From NCBI GenBank assembly GCA_963829055.1, contig CAWHHI010000005.1, forward strand, positions 1 to 64,000: a DNA stretch of 64,000 bases. The letters are read 5' to 3'. Numbering within the stretch: position 1 is the stretch's first letter; every line of letters starts with the position of its first letter. Under the pieces are notes generated by a model. The model saw nothing but the letters and a program-made list of their open reading frames with translations, made no database searches and was not told where the DNA came from. The position numbers and the translations under genes were made by a program. Source of the stretch: an uncultured Gemmatimonadaceae bacterium. Lineage in GTDB: Bacteria; Gemmatimonadota; Gemmatimonadetes; Gemmatimonadales; Gemmatimonadaceae. Shown one piece after another: positions 21,635-32,903 of this stretch.

Positions 21635-21854
21635 TTAGGCCACGCGGGTAAGGATCTGCGACATATCAGGCCTCATCTCGTGCGTGCCGGCATCCCTTGC
21701 CTCGGACTCGATAGTCATCGTCCTCCCGTCGGCGCCGAACGTCGCGTGCATGCGCTGACGGTGTTCGGGGGAGCGCGACATGCTTGCCTTCGACGCTCCA
21801 CCCTCCGATGAACCGCTCGAGCGCGTCCAGTGGCTCTGCCACGACATTCTTCAT
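21635..21854 (-). pseudogene. Internally deleted small gene remnant
   Basis: RBS + MKNVVAEPLDALERFIGGWSVEG joined out of frame to RMHATFGADGRTMT...SQILTRVA*. Confidence 0.45.
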
Positions 21855-21901
21855 GTCCTTCTCTCCTCGGTTGCGATTCACTGCTCCCTGACGACGTCCT
21901 C

Positions 21902-21953
21902 CACCAGTCGCACAGGCGTCGCATGAACTCACCCATCCGGTCGAGCAGCCGCG
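21902..21953 (-). pseudogene. Short fragment paralogous to the alpha/beta hydrolase at 28206..29048
   Basis: RLLDRMGEFMRRLCDW vs RLLDRMGEFMRRPYDW (about 28487-28538); DNA similarity visible. Confidence 0.7.
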
Positions 21954-22125
21954 AGGCGACTGATCGCGGGCGCTCATCGCGCCGGAGAGGTGTCATCCCC
22001 GGGGTTTGTCGTTAGGATGACCTAACCAACGGCCGCCAAACGCGGAAGGGCTACCACATCGTTTCGCTCGCGCCCGAGCGGTACCGGAAATACGTTTTGG
22101 CATTCCCCTCTGGAGCAATCAAGAA

Positions 22126-23539
22126 ATGATGCGTTCTTGCCGACTCGCCGGCCTCGCGATGCTCGCCGGTCTCTCGTCGGCCACCGCCCAACGTTCGACC
22201 ATCACACGCGACGCGTTCCGCCAGCGCGCCGACTCGCTCGTCTTCACCTATCTCGCCGAAACGCACGCGCCGAGCGCGGCGTTCGCGGTGATTCGCGGGA
22301 ACGATACGCTGGCGTATGGCGCGCACGGTCTCGCCAACGTGGATGCCTGGCGCGCGCCGACCGCCACGACGATCTACGAGATCGGGTCGAACACGAAGCA
22401 GTTCACGTCCGCCGCGATCATGAAGCTCGTGGAACAGGGGCGCGTGAAGCTGGATGACGATCTCTCGAAGTACGTGCCGCAGTTCCCGCTGCACGGAAAC
22501 AAGGTGTCGATCCACCAGCTGCTGAATCACACGTCGGGCATCCACAGCTACACGTCGTCGCCGGGATGGCAGAAGACGTGGAACGACGCGCTGTCGCCTG
22601 ACGCGATCGTCAAGTTCGTCGCGGCCGACACGTTCGACTTCGCGCCCGGCACGGCGTACCGGTACAACAACACGGGCTACGTGCTGCTCGGCATGGTGAT
22701 CGAGAAGGCGTCGGGACAGAAATACGCGAACTATCTCGACGCGCAGTTCTTCAAGCCGCTCGGCCTCCGGTCGACATCGTACTGCCCGTCCAAGACGACG
22801 AATCCCGCGTTCGCGCTCGGCTACAGCAAAGGACCTAACGGCACGACGCGCGCACAGTTCATGGACCTCTCGCACCCGTTCTCGGCCGGCGCGTTGTGCT
22901 CCACGGTGGGCGACTTCGCGAAGTGGCAGCGCGCGCTCGACGGCGGAAAGGTGGTTTCGCCCGCGTCGTACGCGCTCATGTCGACCGCCGACACGCTGAA
23001 CAGCGGGCGCAAGATCAACTACGGCTTCGGCCTCGTGCCGGGCGTGTTCAACGGCCACAAGACGATCTCGCACACCGGTGGCATTCCGGGGTTCGCGTCG
23101 GCGGCGACCTACGTGCCTGACGACAGCCTCAGCATCGTGGTGTTCACGAACTACGATGCCGAATCGCCCCAGACGCTGGTGCAGAATCTTCTTCGCGTCG
23201 CGTACGGCGAAGCCCCCGTTGGCCGGGGAGCCGCGCCCACGCAGGCGTCGGCTGCTCCGTCGCTCTCCGACGGCCGATCGCGACGCGATCGTCGGCAACT
23301 ACGCGTTGCAGTTGCCCGGCGGGCAGTCGCTGCCGCTCAAGTTCTTCCTGGACGGCGCGCGTCTCATGGGGCAGGCCCAGGGCCAGGAAGCGAATGAGAT
23401 TCGGTACCTCGGCAACTACGAGTTTGGAGTCGCGTTCGATCCGGCGCTGCGGTTCACGTTCACGATCGACGCGGGCAAGGCAACCAAGGTGACCCTGCTG
23501 CAGGGTGGGACCAAGATCGAGGGACTGAGAGTCCCCTAA
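22126..23539 (+). CDS. Serine hydrolase, beta-lactamase/PBP family, signal peptide; frameshift near 23270
   Basis: GSNTKQF (SxxK), LLNHTSG, YNNTGY (YxN), HTGG. Confidence 0.92.
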
Positions 23540-23597
23540 CGACAGGCCGGGTCCTGCGACCACCAGGCACGATCAGGTATCGACGTATGACATTGGC

Positions 23598-24995
23598 ATG
23601 ACCGGCGTGCACACCGTCGCACAATCGGATGCGCGGGCCCAGCGGAGTGGCCTTCTCGGCCACCCCCGTGGCCTCGCGTATCTCTGCGCCTCGGAGGGGT
23701 GGGAGCGGTTCAGCTACTTCGGCATGCAGTCGCTCCTCGTGCTGTACATGACGCACTATCTGCTGCAGCCCGAGCATGTGGGGAAGGCGGTGGGGTTCGC
23801 CGTCCTCAGGCGCGCTATCGAGGTTGTGACCGGTCCGCTCTCCACGGCGGCGCTCGCATCGCAGGTCTTCGGCCTCTACACCGGGTTTGTGTACCTGACG
23901 CCACTCCTGGGCGGACTGCTCGCCGACCGATGGCTCAACCGGACGTTGACGGTCACCATCGGCGCCGTGCTCATGGCGTTAGGCCACTTCCTCATGGCGT
24001 TCGAGGCGACCTTCCTCCTCGCCATCACCCTCCTGCTCGTTGGCGTGGGCTGCTTCAAGGGAAACATCGCGAGCCAGGTGGGTCAGCTGTACGACGTCGA
24101 CGATCCCCGGCGCGGTCAGGCCTACCAGATCTTCCAGCTGGCCATCTCCTTCGCGGTGATCGCGGCGCCGCTCATCTCCGGCACGTTAGGCGAGAAAGTC
24201 GGCTGGCACTGGGGCTTCGGTGCCGCCGGCGTCGGGATGCTGGTGGGGCTCGCAACGTATCTCGCCGGCAGGAAGTGGCTCCCGTCAGCGGAGCCGAGGG
24301 CTCGCGCGACCAAGGGACACACGGGAACCGACGCTCGCCTAACGCCGAGCGAGCGGCGGACCGTGCTCGCGCTCGTTGCGCTGCTCCCCGTCATTGGCGC
24401 GACCGAGGTCGGGAATCAGCAGATGTTCAACGCCTTCCTGACCTGGGGGGAGGCGAGCTTCGAGCTTCACTTCGCCGGCTTCGCAATGCCGGTGACCTGG
24501 CTCCTGTCGGCCGACGCGGCGATCGCCGTCGTTTGCATGACGCTGGCCATTCTGCTCTGGCGGGCGTATAGCCGGAGGTGGAAGGAACCGGACGACATTG
24601 TGAAGGTGGCCATTGGCGCGGGGTTCATGACGCTGGCGCCGCTGCTTCTGACCGCGGCGAGCGTCGCGCAGCAGGCGACCGGCGCCAAGGTCTCGCCGGG
24701 CTGGGGGCTGGCGTTCGAGGTGGTGAACGAGCTCGGGTTCGCGCTGGTGGCGCCAATGGCGCTCTCGCTCTACTCGCGCGCGGCTCCCAGGCAGATTCAA
24801 GGGCTCATGATCGGCGTGTACTACACGTCGTTTTTCCTGTGCAACGTTGCGGTGGGTCGACTGGGCGGGATGCTCGAGCAGATGGACGCAGCCACGTTCT
24901 GGCTGATGCACGCCGGGATTGTGGGGGCGTCGGCCGCCGTGTTGGCCGTGGTTGCGGTCTGGGGGCGACGCGTGTTGATGCCCGTGGCGGCCTGA
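23598..24995 (+). CDS. POT/PTR family di/tripeptide MFS transporter
   Basis: GHPRGL...EGWERFSYFGM, GLLADRW, GCFKGNI. Confidence 0.93.
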   Translation: MTGVHTVAQSDARAQRSGLLGHPRGLAYLCASEGWERFSYFGMQSLLVLYMTHYLLQPEHVGKAVGFAVLRRAIEVVTGPLSTAALASQVFGLYTGFVYLTPLLGGLLADRWLNRTLTVTIGAVLMALGHFLMAFEATFLLAITLLLVGVGCFKGNIASQVGQLYDVDDPRRGQAYQIFQLAISFAVIAAPLISGTLGEKVGWHWGFGAAGVGMLVGLATYLAGRKWLPSAEPRARATKGHTGTDARLTPSERRTVLALVALLPVIGATEVGNQQMFNAFLTWGEASFELHFAGFAMPVTWLLSADAAIAVVCMTLAILLWRAYSRRWKEPDDIVKVAIGAGFMTLAPLLLTAASVAQQATGAKVSPGWGLAFEVVNELGFALVAPMALSLYSRAAPRQIQGLMIGVYYTSFFLCNVAVGRLGGMLEQMDAATFWLMHAGIVGASAAVLAVVAVWGRRVLMPVAA

Positions 24996-25041
24996 CGTGG
25001 CGCGCACGATCGTGATCATCCATGCCTAACGCTGCAGCGGG

Positions 25042-25902
25042 CTAGGCCGCGCCGCCGGCCGCCACGTACGACTCCCCGCTCCGCACGACCTCCTCACAGA
25101 ATGCACCGAGGCGCCGGTTGAACGATGCGGCATCGTCCCAGAACGCGGCATGCCCTGCGTCCGGCATGATGTGAACCTGCGCGTGCGGCAACCCCGCGCG
25201 GTGTTGCGCGACGGCTTCCTGCCTAACGATCGCGTCGAGCGCGCCATGCGTGATCAGCACGGGCTTCGCGATGGTCGGCAGGAGGTCGTCGTTGTCGACG
25301 ACGCGCGTGAGCAACGCCTGACGGACGAACGGCGGAACGGACACGCCGAAGCCCAGCATCGTGTAACGATCCGACGCCTCGGGCTCGCGAGCGAAGCACA
25401 GGTGCAGCAGCGACTCGAGGCCGCGCACGCTCTCGACCACGTCACTCGAGAAGAGCCCGGGCAGGAGGGCGAGGAACTCCGGCGTGAGCACCGCCGCGGC
25501 CGCTTCGCTGCCGAGCTTCGTGACGGCGCCCACGAGATGGATCCCGCCGATCCGCTCCTCGCCGTAGTGCCGGATGTAGTCGAGGATGACGAGCGGCCCG
25601 TACGACCAGCCGCAGAGAATCGGTCGGTCGAGCTCCAGCTCCCCGATGGCGGCGTCGACGTCGGCCGCCCACAGTCTCGAGTCATCGTAGCCGTCGCGCG
25701 GCCGCTCCGACGAGCCGTGGCCACGCAGGTCCATGGCGACGAGACGGTACCGCCGCGCGAGCTCGGAACGCATCTGCCGGTCCCAGGTGAGCCAGCTCTG
25801 CGAGCAGCCGTGAAGAAACAGGATCGATGGAGCGCGCGCGTCTCCGGCCTCGACGAGGTGGAGCCGAGTGCCTCCTCCTCCGATGATGGTGTGGTGCTTC
25901 AT
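25042..25902 (-). CDS. Alpha/beta hydrolase (non-heme chloroperoxidase-like)
   Basis: LFLHG, DLRGHG, GWSYG, HGALD, GH. Confidence 0.9.
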   Translation of the reverse strand: MKHHTIIGGGGTRLHLVEAGDARAPSILFLHGCSQSWLTWDRQMRSELARRYRLVAMDLRGHGSSERPRDGYDDSRLWAADVDAAIGELELDRPILCGWSYGPLVILDYIRHYGEERIGGIHLVGAVTKLGSEAAAAVLTPEFLALLPGLFSSDVVESVRGLESLLHLCFAREPEASDRYTMLGFGVSVPPFVRQALLTRVVDNDDLLPTIAKPVLITHGALDAIVRQEAVAQHRAGLPHAQVHIMPDAGHAAFWDDAASFNRRLGAFCEEVVRSGESYVAAGGAA

Positions 25903-26048
25903 GGTTTCCTCCCCATTGGATTGCCGCACTGGATTGCCGGAATCACCGCGACCAATGCCGGCAGTGTGGCCTAGTCGGCATTGAGATGATGCACGGCGCG
26001 CGATAGGTTGGGATCGGACGAATTGTCCTATACGCGGAGGATCCCGTC

Positions 26049-26855
26049 ATGGGCCTCGCGATGCGACAAGTGGATCTCGCGCGGCTCGATCGTGCGCTGA
26101 CCACGCTTCTGTCGCCGCTGGCGCATCAGCGCTGCGACGACTGGCGTCTCGCGGTCGAGTCGTCGGTCGCGGAACTGCTCGACGGCGATCACGTCGTGTT
26201 CGGGTTGCCCCGCGCCGGCGTGCCGATGCACGTCCATTCCATGAACGTGGCGGCGCAGCCGCAGCGTGCGATCCAGACCCTCTTCGGCAGACTGCCGGAC
26301 CTGCCGGCGGATCCGTGGCTTCAGAGCGCGGAGCGCGAGCGCCTGCAGTCGAGCGCCGAGGTGTGGAGTCGGCTCCGTGCATTCTGGCGGGCCGCCGCTG
26401 GGCAGCCGGCGGCGCTACGACGGTCGGCTTTCCTCGGCGAGGTTCTCACGCCCGGCCGGATCTACGACAGCGAGAACATTGACTGGCCCGTCGCCGACGG
26501 ACACACCGCGCTGTGCATCTCGTACAGCAACGCCGAGACGTCTGTTCGTTCGCGTCGGGCGAGCCCACGACACGCGGCGGAAGCGCTGCTCCGACTCCTG
26601 CTCCCCGCGCTCAAGGTGGGAGTCACCATGCGCCTCGCGCACGATCGTGAAGTCGGGGCGGAGCTCACCCTCGGACGGCTGGGGCTGACCAGGCGTGAGG
26701 CGGACATCGCGCGTCTGCTCGCGCGGCGAGCGACGAACAGGGAGATCGCCGATCGGCTCGACCTGAGCCCGCACACGGTGCGGCATCACGTGGAGAATAT
26801 CTTCGCCAAGCTCGGCATTCATTCGCGCCGCTCCATCGCCTTGCACTTCGCCTGA
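26049..26855 (+). CDS. LuxR-type HTH regulator
   Basis: C-terminal LTRREADIARLL...NREIADRLDLSPHTVRHHVENIFAKLG. Confidence 0.9.
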   Translation: MGLAMRQVDLARLDRALTTLLSPLAHQRCDDWRLAVESSVAELLDGDHVVFGLPRAGVPMHVHSMNVAAQPQRAIQTLFGRLPDLPADPWLQSAERERLQSSAEVWSRLRAFWRAAAGQPAALRRSAFLGEVLTPGRIYDSENIDWPVADGHTALCISYSNAETSVRSRRASPRHAAEALLRLLLPALKVGVTMRLAHDREVGAELTLGRLGLTRREADIARLLARRATNREIADRLDLSPHTVRHHVENIFAKLGIHSRRSIALHFA

Positions 26856-27061
26856 CCGGGCGACGCAGTGGGGCGCTCTCGCTCGTCGCCGACTGATTTT
26901 CGTTAGGCGCGATGATGACGCGAGCGGGCACGAGGGCGTCGAGCACGTCGCGAAATGGATCCGTGTTGGATCCGTAATGAAACTCGGGGCGCTTCGCTGG
27001 GCGAGGCGTCCCGAGTTGTGTTCCGCCGATGTGCGTCGCACCTAACGCGAAGACTGCGCCG

Positions 27062-27826
27062 CTACGGTATTCGCCGGTTCCTGAACGTCACCGTCGCGCC
27101 GTGCAGCGCCTCGAACGAGATGCCGTCGCGGTCCGTGTACCGGTCGGGGGACAGCGCACCCAGCGCGAGCTCCAGGTTGTCGAGACGATATCGCGTCGAC
27201 GCCACCTCGCGCACAGTGACGATCATGTCATTGGCGCTCGCCGGCGCGACGGACGCAACGCGCGTGCACTGTCCATCAGGGACGTCCAGATCTCGGAACG
27301 CCGTGCCGAGACCAACCTGATACTGGAAACTCGCGCCCGCGCCGAACTCGCAGACGTTGACCGCCGCGTTATTGAAGAACGTCAGGACTGCCCCGTGTGC
27401 CCCCTCGAACGACGCCGAGCTGGTTGCGGTCATGACACGCGCGGGCTCGTCCCCATGCTGGATGACGAGACGATCGACGACATAGTACGTTCCGGGCTTC
27501 TCCACGACGCTCACCACCACGTCGTCCCGCTGAGCCGGGTCAACGGTCGCAACGGTCTCGCAGCCGCCGTCAGGAATCGAGAGCTCTCGCGGCGCCGCGT
27601 TCAGTCCCACGCGGACCTCGAACGCCGCGCCGAGCCCGACCTGGCAGAGCATCGTCACCCCGGGAGTGACGGCAACGTTCGGCATGCCTTCCGGCAGGGT
27701 CGGTTCTGTCGGCCCTGCCTGATCGCACGCATACACCACAGCGGCGGCGGTAACGATGAGCGCGAGTCTGACGCTCGGGGGCACCGAAGTTGGGCTCGTT
27801 GCGACGTTCTTCGAGCGGGTGTTCAT
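27062..27826 (-). CDS. Putative lipoprotein with two tandem internal domains
   Basis: Hydrophobic stretch ending VVYA-C DQAGPTEP; two similar ~100-aa halves. Confidence 0.7.
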   Translation of the reverse strand: MNTRSKNVATSPTSVPPSVRLALIVTAAAVVYACDQAGPTEPTLPEGMPNVAVTPGVTMLCQVGLGAAFEVRVGLNAAPRELSIPDGGCETVATVDPAQRDDVVVSVVEKPGTYYVVDRLVIQHGDEPARVMTATSSASFEGAHGAVLTFFNNAAVNVCEFGAGASFQYQVGLGTAFRDLDVPDGQCTRVASVAPASANDMIVTVREVASTRYRLDNLELALGALSPDRYTDRDGISFEALHGATVTFRNRRIP

Positions 27827-28205
27827 GATCCACCATCCTGCGGGACACCTACACGCCGACGAGCGCGTCGGCCGCGACCCACCTGAGGCAATCGAACGGT
27901 CTCTGGCGTTTCTCCTGGGGTGAAGGTGATGGAGCGGTGAACGGCTGACGGCGCCAGCGGTGACTGTGCCAACTCGGAGATGATTCGGATGAGGCTGGTG
28001 GTATCGGGTTGGCTGCCCCAATGAGCAGGTCGACGTGATCCGCGGCGAAAGCATGGACAGGCCGCTGTGAGGCGTTACGTTGGGATCGTCCCGATTTGCA
28101 GCATGGATCGAACCACGACGCTGAGACGGTGGCAGTCGTTCGAAATGCGCGCACCACGGCTAGCGGCCGCGGCCATTCGCCCCCGCTTTCACTACTTTCG
28201 GGTTG

Positions 28206-29048
28206 TCACTGCTCCTTCACCTGATCTGCCCAAATCTTCGATCCGCTCTTCCCGTCGAGAAATGGGACGATGGTCCCAGGCAGAGCCGGCGAGAGGAACA
28301 TCTCGTAGTGCGTGACGTCGGGAAGAATCGCGAGTCGGTTGCGCGACATGTGCTCGCGTTGCCAGCCCGCATCCTTCAGCCCGCCGCCGAGCAGCTGATA
28401 GAACTGCACGATGTGCTCGGGGCGCATCATGTCGGCGTCACCGTACACCAGCATGACCGGCATGGAGAGCTTCTTCACCTCCTCCGACCAGTCGTACGGA
28501 CGCCGCATGAACTCGCCCATGCGGTCGAGCAGCCGCGGGAAATCGTTAGGGTTCGGCGCGACGGCGACGTACGACGTGTACATCGGCGTCTCCTTCATGT
28601 GGTCGGCCATCGCCGCGCCCACCGCCGCCTGCTGCGGCAGCATCTCCGGGAAGAAGCCGCTCTGTGCGTACGGCGCCGAGATGATCGTTAGGCGGCGGAC
28701 GACGTTCGGGTGCTGGATCGCGAGCCGTAGCCCGGCGCCGCCACCGAACGAGTAGCCCGCAACATCGACTTGCGTGAACCCGAGTCGGTCGAGCACGAAT
28801 GCGAGATCGTTCCCGATATCGATCAGGTCGATCGGGCGGTCGCCGAGTGTGGTACGGCCGTGCCCGTGGAGATCGACCGCGATCACCTGGCGGGTCTTCG
28901 CGAGGGCGGGTAGCACGTTGCCGCCGAACATGTCGATCGAGCCGAGCCCGCCATGCAGGAGCAGCAGCGGCTCACCCGAGCCGTGTATCTCATAGTAGTA
29001 ATCGACTCCGTTCGCGGGGACGCGTCCGGTCTTCGAGGGCTTGGACAT
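28206..29048 (-). CDS. Alpha/beta hydrolase
   Basis: LLLHGG, DLHGHG, GYSFGG, GDAD, TH. Confidence 0.92.
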   Translation of the reverse strand: MSKPSKTGRVPANGVDYYYEIHGSGEPLLLLHGGLGSIDMFGGNVLPALAKTRQVIAVDLHGHGRTTLGDRPIDLIDIGNDLAFVLDRLGFTQVDVAGYSFGGGAGLRLAIQHPNVVRRLTIISAPYAQSGFFPEMLPQQAAVGAAMADHMKETPMYTSYVAVAPNPNDFPRLLDRMGEFMRRPYDWSEEVKKLSMPVMLVYGDADMMRPEHIVQFYQLLGGGLKDAGWQREHMSRNRLAILPDVTHYEMFLSPALPGTIVPFLDGKSGSKIWADQVKEQ

Positions 29049-29198
29049 GGGGAACCTTGCGCTTCGGCGTTGTTGGTGGCGTTCCAGTCGTTGGTCCGTT
29101 CGTACGTCCTCCTGCCAACACGTCGAACCACTGGACGCGAAATCGACACCGTGATCTTGCGGCAGCCGGCTCGTTTGGGTCGTACGATTGGCGCTGCT

Positions 29199-32044
29199 CT
29201 AACGTCCGGACGCTCGCGCCGCCAACATCGCGCGACGCCGAAGCGGTGCGTCGGCGCCCCGCCACAGATCCGCCAATCGCGCGTAGTACTCGCCGGCACG
29301 TGCCGGGTCACCACGCGTTTCGTACAGCGCACCGAGTCGCTCCAGCGCGTGGCCCAGCTCGAACGCGTCGAGCGTCGTTCGGCCGAGCGACCGCGCGCCC
29401 ACATATCGCTCGTAGACAGCGATCGCCGAGTCGCTCGAGCCGAGTGCGTCGTACACGCGCGCCAGCGCTGGGTGATCGCGCCACCCAATGCGCTCATCGA
29501 CCAGCGTGGTGCGAGCAGCCGGGAAGCGCCCAGCGGTTTGCAGCTCCACCAGCGCCTCCGCCGGGTTCCCCTCGGCGCGGCGCACCGCCGCGCGCGCCCG
29601 ATGAAGCATGGACTGATCGGGCCCGCGGAACTCTCGCGGCACATCGCGTTCGTACGCGGCCAACCACGCGCGCGCGCGCTGCGACTGGCCGATCTCGCCA
29701 TTGAATGTGGCCAAGCGTCAGGTACGGGCGCGACATCGCATCCACCGAGTCGAGCGGATGCTGCGCGAGCAGCTCGGCGACTTCCGCCGTGGCTCTTGCT
29801 GAGTCGCCGGAGAGCGCACGCAGCCTTCCGATGGTCACCGCGATCTCGACCGCGGGTCCGAGCTGACCGCGCGCCAGCGCATTATCGCGCAGCTCTTTCA
29901 GGTGACCCACGGCTTCGCCGATCCGGCCGAGCACGGCGTCCATCTCGGCCTGGAGCTTCAGGCGGTTGGCCGGCGAGGTGCCCGTGTTCGCCGCCAGGGC
30001 ATGCGCGGCTTCGTAGTGGCCGGAATCGGCGAGCAGCCTAACGCGCACCAATCCCACGGTCGGGTGTGTCGGATACCGATGCGCGAGCTCTCCGAGTACG
30101 GCAGGGATTTCCTCATCCTTGTGTTCGGCGTACAGGACGCTGATCAATCCCGCTTGATTGGCGGCAGTCATGTGACGCAGCCGACCGTCCTGCAGGACTC
30201 CCTCAGCCTCAGCGAGATCGCCCACCATCGACAGGGTGTTACCCAGAGTCGAGTACCATCCAGGCTCACCGGCGCGAAGTTGCTTCAACGCGTCGATGTG
30301 TCTTCGGAACGCGACGATGGACTTCGGGACGTCTCCGACGATGCTCAGGAAGTAGTTCCCTTCGACCGCGTATCGCTCGCGCTCCGTGAGATGGTCGCGG
30401 AGCTCGTACGCACGCACGAGCGATCGCAGTGCTCGGCCGCGTTCCGCTCCTACTCCCTCGAGCGCGACCCACAGCAGCAGATGGGCGTGCGCGAATTCCG
30501 GATCGAGCGCGGTCGCCTCGGTCAACAGCGTAGCCGCCGTCTGAAAATCGCCACGCCAGTACGCCCGCGACGCCTGCCACGTGCTTGCGCAGCGCCGGCA
30601 GTGAGGACGTCGTTAGGCTCCACAGACTGCCGGCCGATTGGATCGACGCAGTCGATTCGCCGATACCTCGACGGACGCGATCGGACAGACGCCTGATCGC
30701 AGCCAGCACGTCGGTGGAGTCATTCACGGTTTCGACCGCTCCGCCGATCACGTCGCCGCTCGCGGTCTCGATCACCGAGGCCGTCAGCATCAGCTTCGTC
30801 CCGACGGAACGGACCTCCCCTTCGAGGACCAGCGTGATGCCTTCGCGCGCCGCCACGTCGCGCGCCAGGTCCGGCGTGAGCCGCTCACCCGCGTTTCGGC
30901 GCATGCGGCGCATCGCGTCCGCGATCGTTTCGCGGCCGACGACTCTGAGCACCGATGACTGCGCGAGCTCCGCGTTGAGGACGTGCACGACCAGATCGCC
31001 GAACGTCGAATCACTCGTGCGGTTCTGGAAGTCGGCGACCACGACGCGCTCGGGACGAGCGGGCAGCGTGCGCGTCTGCGGTTGGGCGCCGAGCCACCAG
31101 GCGCCAATCGCCAATCCCGCGAGCGCGGTGGTCCCGACCCATACGCCTAACGATTTGCGACTCGACGGGAAGCGGCGTGGCTTGCCGTCGTGCACGAGAA
31201 CGTCTCCGCCGGGACGAAGCTCCGGCTCAGGTGCCAACAACGACGGATCGCCAGCCTCGACATCCTCGGGCACCGGCGGAGACGCCGCGCTTCGCGACGT
31301 CACTGCCGTGGTGCCATTGTCGCCCTGCTCGGATCGGATGCGCGCCAGCAACGCCCGCGTGGCCTCGGACGGAGCCAGCTCGAATTCACGCTCCAGCTCA
31401 CGCGCGAATGCATCGTAGGCACGCACGGCTGCCGCCCTGTTCCCCACCCAATGCAGCAACGTCAGCAGGCGACGGAGCGCCACCTCGTCGCCAGACGAGA
31501 GGTCGACGGCGCGCTGTGCCCACTCCGCCGCCCCGGCGGGATCACCACCCTGTTCTCGGCTTTCCGCCAGCGTCCAGGCCGCGTCCGCGGCGCGCCGCTC
31601 GAGGCGCGACCGCTCCGCGTCCAGCCAGCGCTCGAACCCGGGTGCGTCGCCAACATGGAACGCCGAGAGCAGCTCGCCGCGGTACAGCGACAGCGCATCC
31701 TCGAGACGCCCCGCATCGAGCGCGCGCTCGAACTCCGCGGCGTCACACCGGATCACGTCCGCGGCGACTGCAAGCTCGTCGTCGCCTCGCGCCACGATCG
31801 ACGCCGGCCCGAGCGTGCGACGCAGGAAGTAGAGTGCCTGGCGCAGGGCGTGTCGCGCCTGCTCGGCGTCGTCCTCCGGCCAGAAGATGGCGAGCAGCGA
31901 ATCGCGGCGCTGAAATCCGCGCGGCGATGCAAGCGCCAGGTAACAGAGGAGCGCAGCGCGACGTGGCTGCGTCAGCACCGACCGAAGCGGCTTCCCGTCA
32001 GCGGACGTCAGCTCGAGCGCGCCGAGTGTTCGGAGTTCGATCAT
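29199..32044 (-). CDS. SARP/BTAD transcriptional regulator with TM, TolB-like domain and TPRs; frameshifts near 30560 and 29700
   Basis: MIELRTLG, RRDSLLAIFWPE..ARHALRQALY, LYRGELL..F, WLDAER; TM; VVVADFQN; TPR helices in ORFs 29494..30525 and 29199..29714. Confidence 0.85.
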
Positions 32045-32240
32045 GCGGCAGAAGACCGGCAGCGTCGAACGTCCGAGTGCGCCGTCGCACATCGGAGTGA
32101 CGCTCCGGGGGTCGGTGAGGTGACGCCCACGCCGTTAGACTCGCCAACCTACGACGCAGACCGACTCACCAACAGACGCCCGCTGGTGGCGTTGGCCGGC
32201 CACGCGTCGAAACTCCGACCGAACTCCAAGGAGCTGCCAC

Positions 32241-32903
32241 ATGCGAAGTCGCCCGCTCGACTGGCGCAATGCCGCCATAATCCTCGTCGCCACCTCCGCC
32301 GCGTGCGCCGCTCCAGACCGCCCGACGGGTGTGGCGTCCACCGCCATGGACCACGCGACCATGGCAGTCGGCAACGACAACCCCAACTCGGCGGCGGGAG
32401 ACGCGAAGGGATTCATCAATGGATGGATGGACGGCGAGACGGTCGATCTCCGCTACACTCGGCTCTACTTCTGCGCCGAGCCGCCGGAGAGTGCCGTCGC
32501 CTCGAACTGCGAGGTTGGAGCAGCGGCCACCGTTGCACCGAGGTCGGGGCCGATCCCGAAGATCTATGCCCTGGCAGCAGCCGGCTTTCAGCCGGACCCC
32601 GCGACGCTCCACTGCAAGGGCGGCACGCTCTGTCTCAATCACCCGCCCATGCTCGATCTGTCCAGGCTCGGGCTCCCGGCCAGTGTCGCGTCACCGCCGC
32701 ACAGCCACATCGTGACGGACCGTCATGCCGGGTGGCACAACACGGTGAACATCCGCGTGACGAGTCTCGCGGTCTGGAACGAGATCGCCGCAGCGAAGAG
32801 CCTAACGAAGGTGCGGGAGCTCCAGGCCGCGGGACGACTGGGCCCGGACATTCCGACGAACGTCTACTTCTTCCTCGAGGTACAGCAGGACAAGCCCGAG
32901 TAG
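32241..32903 (+). CDS. Putative Cys/His-rich secreted lipoprotein
   Basis: RBS AAGGAG; AAIILVATSAA-C AAPDRPT; YFC..NC..HC..CLNHP..PHSHIV..GWH. Confidence 0.75.
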   Translation: MRSRPLDWRNAAIILVATSAACAAPDRPTGVASTAMDHATMAVGNDNPNSAAGDAKGFINGWMDGETVDLRYTRLYFCAEPPESAVASNCEVGAAATVAPRSGPIPKIYALAAAGFQPDPATLHCKGGTLCLNHPPMLDLSRLGLPASVASPPHSHIVTDRHAGWHNTVNIRVTSLAVWNEIAAAKSLTKVRELQAAGRLGPDIPTNVYFFLEVQQDKPE

